Shown here in pieces: positions 60,171 to 64,000 of a DNA stretch of 64,000 bases. Under the pieces are notes generated by a model. That model ran no database searches and was not told the origin of the DNA. It saw nothing but the letters and a program-made list of their open reading frames with translations. Position 1 is the first letter of the stretch. Each line of letters begins with the position of its first letter. The DNA comes from Narcine bancroftii (lineage: Eukaryota). The position numbers and the translations under genes are program-made. Location: the NCBI RefSeq assembly GCF_036971445.1, contig NC_091473.1:86490001-86554000 (forward strand), in the 5' to 3' direction.

Positions 60171-61635
60171 TGTTGACTTGTGGCAAATAAGTTTGGGACT
60201 GCATGTGGAAGCAGCAAAAATCTGATCCAATGTTGCTATTGAAAATTCAGCTAAAATCTAACCTTTTCTCTTGCCAAAGACACCGTATGAAATGCATTTT
60301 TAGTATTTAAGATATTATTTTTGTTTTAGTTTTAAATACAAATGCTGTAACTTAAAGTTCAACTTGTGCCTCAAGAACCCCTGTCAAAGATAACATGTTA
60401 GATTTGACTGTATGATAGAGATGCTTTCTGTTGATGCAAAATACTTGCTTAAATACCATTTGCAGCAAAATCTACAGTTAATTTAATCTACCTCATTCAC
60501 CCTTCGCTCATTCCCATCCAACAAAAGTTTCATAATCTCTTGTTTTTAAGTTTATCATTGCATCAAAAGACTGGACTGTTCTTTGGTAACACCATTTTGG
60601 ACAGCAAATGTAAATATGTGTAAAGTTAAAAGGTCAGCATTTTCATCTGCATTTTCTTGTCAGCAGCTGTGATGGGACAGTCACCTTATTTATTGCTGAC
60701 ACTCCATTTAGTGTAAATTCTTTTTTTAATTGTAAATCCAAAAAGCACAATCTGAGACCAACTTAATACATTCATTCAGAAAAGACCAACTTGTAATTCT
60801 GCTTAACTTGCAATAAGTTCCAAATGGCCATGTGGAGCAATCATGTTAGATTGACTATCAGAACCACACGAATCTAAATTGAATTTACCATAATGAGGAT
60901 CGACATCAATACTTAAATGTTTAAGTCAGAGTGGGAATAGCCAGGGGTATTTTTATGAAGGCAAACATTATGGAAGCAAAAGGTCTTTCCATTAATAATT
61001 AAATTGGGTTCCCACTGTGCAATTGGGAAACTTTTAAACTTTTCTGCTGTGATACAGGAATTTCAACAATGAAAGGGAAGTAACATTCTGAACAATCTGT
61101 GGGCCAGACCAAGATGTAAACCATCTTTGCTTTCTCTCTTCTCTGTGACCACTTCCCATCCATTCTAGCCTTGATTCCTCCTGCCCTACTTGGGAGGAGT
61201 GATTTAATAATTCAAATATTTATACTGGATATCAGAAAGCGCTTACAATTAGATATTCACTCTCTTTTCTTTCCATTTATTCTATTATTGACTATAAACA
61301 TTATCTTTGTTTTTTTCTCTTCACAGATGCTATCTAACCTGTTGAGAATTACCAGCATTTTCTGTTTTTATTTTCAGTTTCTGGCATATGTAATATTTTG
61401 ATTTTGTACTGCCATTCCTAGAGTCATACACCCTGGATATAGGCGCAATGGCATAACAAAGTGCATAAATTGATCAGCATACCATCCATTTACACTAAAC
61501 AAACAATGAGAAGCTGGACTGGTTCAATGGATAATGGTCACTCAATATTTGTTGTAGCTGAAATATTGAATGACCATTTCTTTACCTTGATTCCAGCAGC
61601 TCAGTGTTTATCTTCTTTATCCATTTACTGTATCC

Positions 61636-62212
61636 TATAACCATATACAGCACAGAACAGGCCAGTTTGGCCCTACTAGTCCATGCCAGAATAAATCCCC
61701 ACCCTCCTAGTCCCACTGACCAGCACCCAGTCCATACCCCTCCAATCCTGTCCCCTCCATGTAATTATCCAGTCTTTCCTTAAATGTAAATAATGTTCCT
61801 GCTTCAACCACCTCCGCCGGAAGCTTATTCCACATCCCAACCACGCTTTGCGTGAAGAAATTTCCCCTCATGTTCCCCTTATAATTTTCCCCTTTCAATC
61901 TCAAACCATGGCCTCTGGTTTGAATCTCCCCCACTCTTAATTGAAAAAGCCTATCCACATTGACTCTCTCTGTCCCTTTTAAAATCTTGAACACCTCCAT
62001 CAAATCCCCCCTCAATCTTCTACGCTCCAGAGAAAAAAGCCCCAGGCTGCTCAACCTTTCTCTGTAACTCAAACCCTGACATCCTGTCAACATTCTTGTG
62101 AACCTTCTCTGCACACTCTCTATTTTGTTTATATCCTTCCTATAATTTGGTGACCAAAACTGCACACAGTATTCCAAATTTGACCTCACCAATGTTTTGT
62201 ACAATTTCATCC
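61636..62212 (-). mobile_element. CR1 3' end, young
   Basis: Uninterrupted 167-aa KLYKTLVRSNLEYCVQFWSP...RRRLRGDL...WNKLP. Confidence 0.93.
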
Positions 62213-63105
62213 TACATAGATCTCACTTTATTGACTCTGTTAGCTTCTGTCAATGTTTCTACCAAGCTGTAGACTCAAGGCAATTCACTGTGGTCAATTA
62301 AACTTTCTATCTAGCTTATGCCTTTATATTCAGTTTTCGATTCCTCTTCCTGAGAAGCAAATTATGGCAATTATACAGATTATTTGAAAATTGCTATATA
62401 TGTTTTTTGGGTCAGAAACACCAACACTCTTTGCACAACACATTAATATTTTCCTACTAACTCTGTTATTTTTATGGTGGTTTTTGGTATATTATGTTTG
62501 ATTTCAGCATTGACATGAATCAAAAAATATACATCTGGATACTGAATATCCCATGATTAGTATAGATATTCTTTTTAAAATAGGGCGCTGGTGTTATTTC
62601 TGAAAACACTTGGCATAGTTCTGCGTGATATGCTCTAAATGGTCCCATTGATATCAGATGTTGATGAATAGAACTCTTTCAAATTCATTTGAAAGTCCAT
62701 TTTAATGAAAGGATCCTATGTGAGTTCCATAGATCAAACTGCTTACTTTTGGAACTGCCTGAAACTGCAAAACTCCATTCAGAGTTGTTGACGGAATGAA
62801 CTTCCAAAACTCATCCTGAACAGAATTTGGGCACTGACGTATCCAACTAACCATGTGAAGTTAATAGGCCTGCCTTCTTATCAATGGAGTTTTCAGCCAT
62901 ACTGCTTCAGATCCATATCAATCTTTCCAAACTTCTTTGGAACTCTCCCACCCATCATCCACTGATACTGACGGCAGATTCATTCTGTCAGTCTTGGATG
63001 TTATATGGAAAGGATGTAAGAAAGAAAGATAAGAAAAGTATGAAAAATTGTTGCTAAATTAAAAATAGAAGTCTCACAAATTATATACAAAAACAATTTA
63101 CATAT

Positions 63106-63350
63106 AGGGGTGGCACGGATAGTGCACTGCTGTTATAGCGCCAGTGATCAGAACGGGGGTTGGAATCCCATGTATTCTGTAAGGACTTTGTATATTCTCC
63201 CTGTGTCTGTGTGGGTTTTTCCCAGGGGCTCCGGTTTCCTCCCACTGTTCCAAATGGACCTGAATGTGTAGGTTAATTGGGTGCAATTGGGCAGCATGGG
63301 GTCATGGGCCGAAACGGCCTGTTGCTGTGCTTTATGACTACATTTTTAAA
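63106..63350 (+). mobile_element. V-SINE (HE1-like)
   Basis: ggggtggcacgg head, core gggtttttcccaggggctccggtttcctcccac, tail ggcctgttgctgtgct. Confidence 0.82.
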
Positions 63351-64000
63351 AAATGAAAAGTTTCAAAATTTAAAAACTAATTTTAAAAAATTAAAATCAA
63401 AAACATCAAATATAACATCAAGATGTCTTTAAGAAAGTGCAATGTGGAAGACCAGGAATTGTGCTTTGAGTAATGTGGATTTAGCTAAATGGATGAAATT
63501 GTTTTAGGGTAAATAATGCAAAATGAAAAGAAGGGTGTCCTAATCTTCGGCCTTTACTGAATTTTGTGAGTTTGTGGTAATATCAACAGCCACAGCGGTA
63601 GCTGAAAACCAATTTTAAAAATAACTGTGTACTCTTGATTCTGAAATGCAAGAATGATTCTTGGGAATATTTGTCATCTCCATTTCCCTACCATTGCACT
63701 GTCAAACATGAACATATTACCAACATGATTCAGAGTTAAAAACTGGTAAAGTGGGTGTTATAACCATAAATTCAGTGTTCAAAAGCCCAGTAATAACAAC
63801 TTTCTCATTGATTGTTACTCATTGAAAGTTAATTAATAATTTCAACCAAATCCACTTATGCTTTTTAAAAGATTAATATGTATAGATTTATTATGTGTGC
63901 ATCATTCAAGTCAATTTCAATCTCATAAACATGTCCACAGAACAATGCATCTGCTATTCCTTTGCTATCTGTTGTTCCTTCCCCATCTGCTTACCAATCA

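Overview
Eukaryotic, AT-rich vertebrate genomic DNA. The repeat content (HE1-like V-SINEs, many CR1 LINEs, Penelope-like remnants) suggests a shark, ray or skate. The window holds 22 coding exons (putative exons 2-23, 8439-52932, + strand) of a laminin gamma chain best assigned to LAMC2. All introns are GT-AG with consistent phases, giving about 1158 aa without the signal-peptide exon 1, which I could not locate. Domain order is LE repeats, L4, LE repeats, coiled coil. Introns and flanks are filled with CR1, L1, Tx1, RTE, Rex1/Babar, L2 and Penelope-like fragments, V-SINEs, hAT and Tc1/mariner MITEs, a solo LTR and two minisatellites. Most notable: this gamma-2 chain keeps gamma-1-like features lost in mammalian gamma-2 (nidogen-binding loop NVDPNSV...Y, a complete last LE module, a gamma-1-like tail). 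There is also an ORF1-only, tail-less L1 with a target-site duplication and an array of NRF1-like palindromes. I found no CRISPR, rRNA or tRNA gene, and no wholly new multi-gene system. Repeat boundaries are approximate, and human comparisons are from memory and need checking by alignment.
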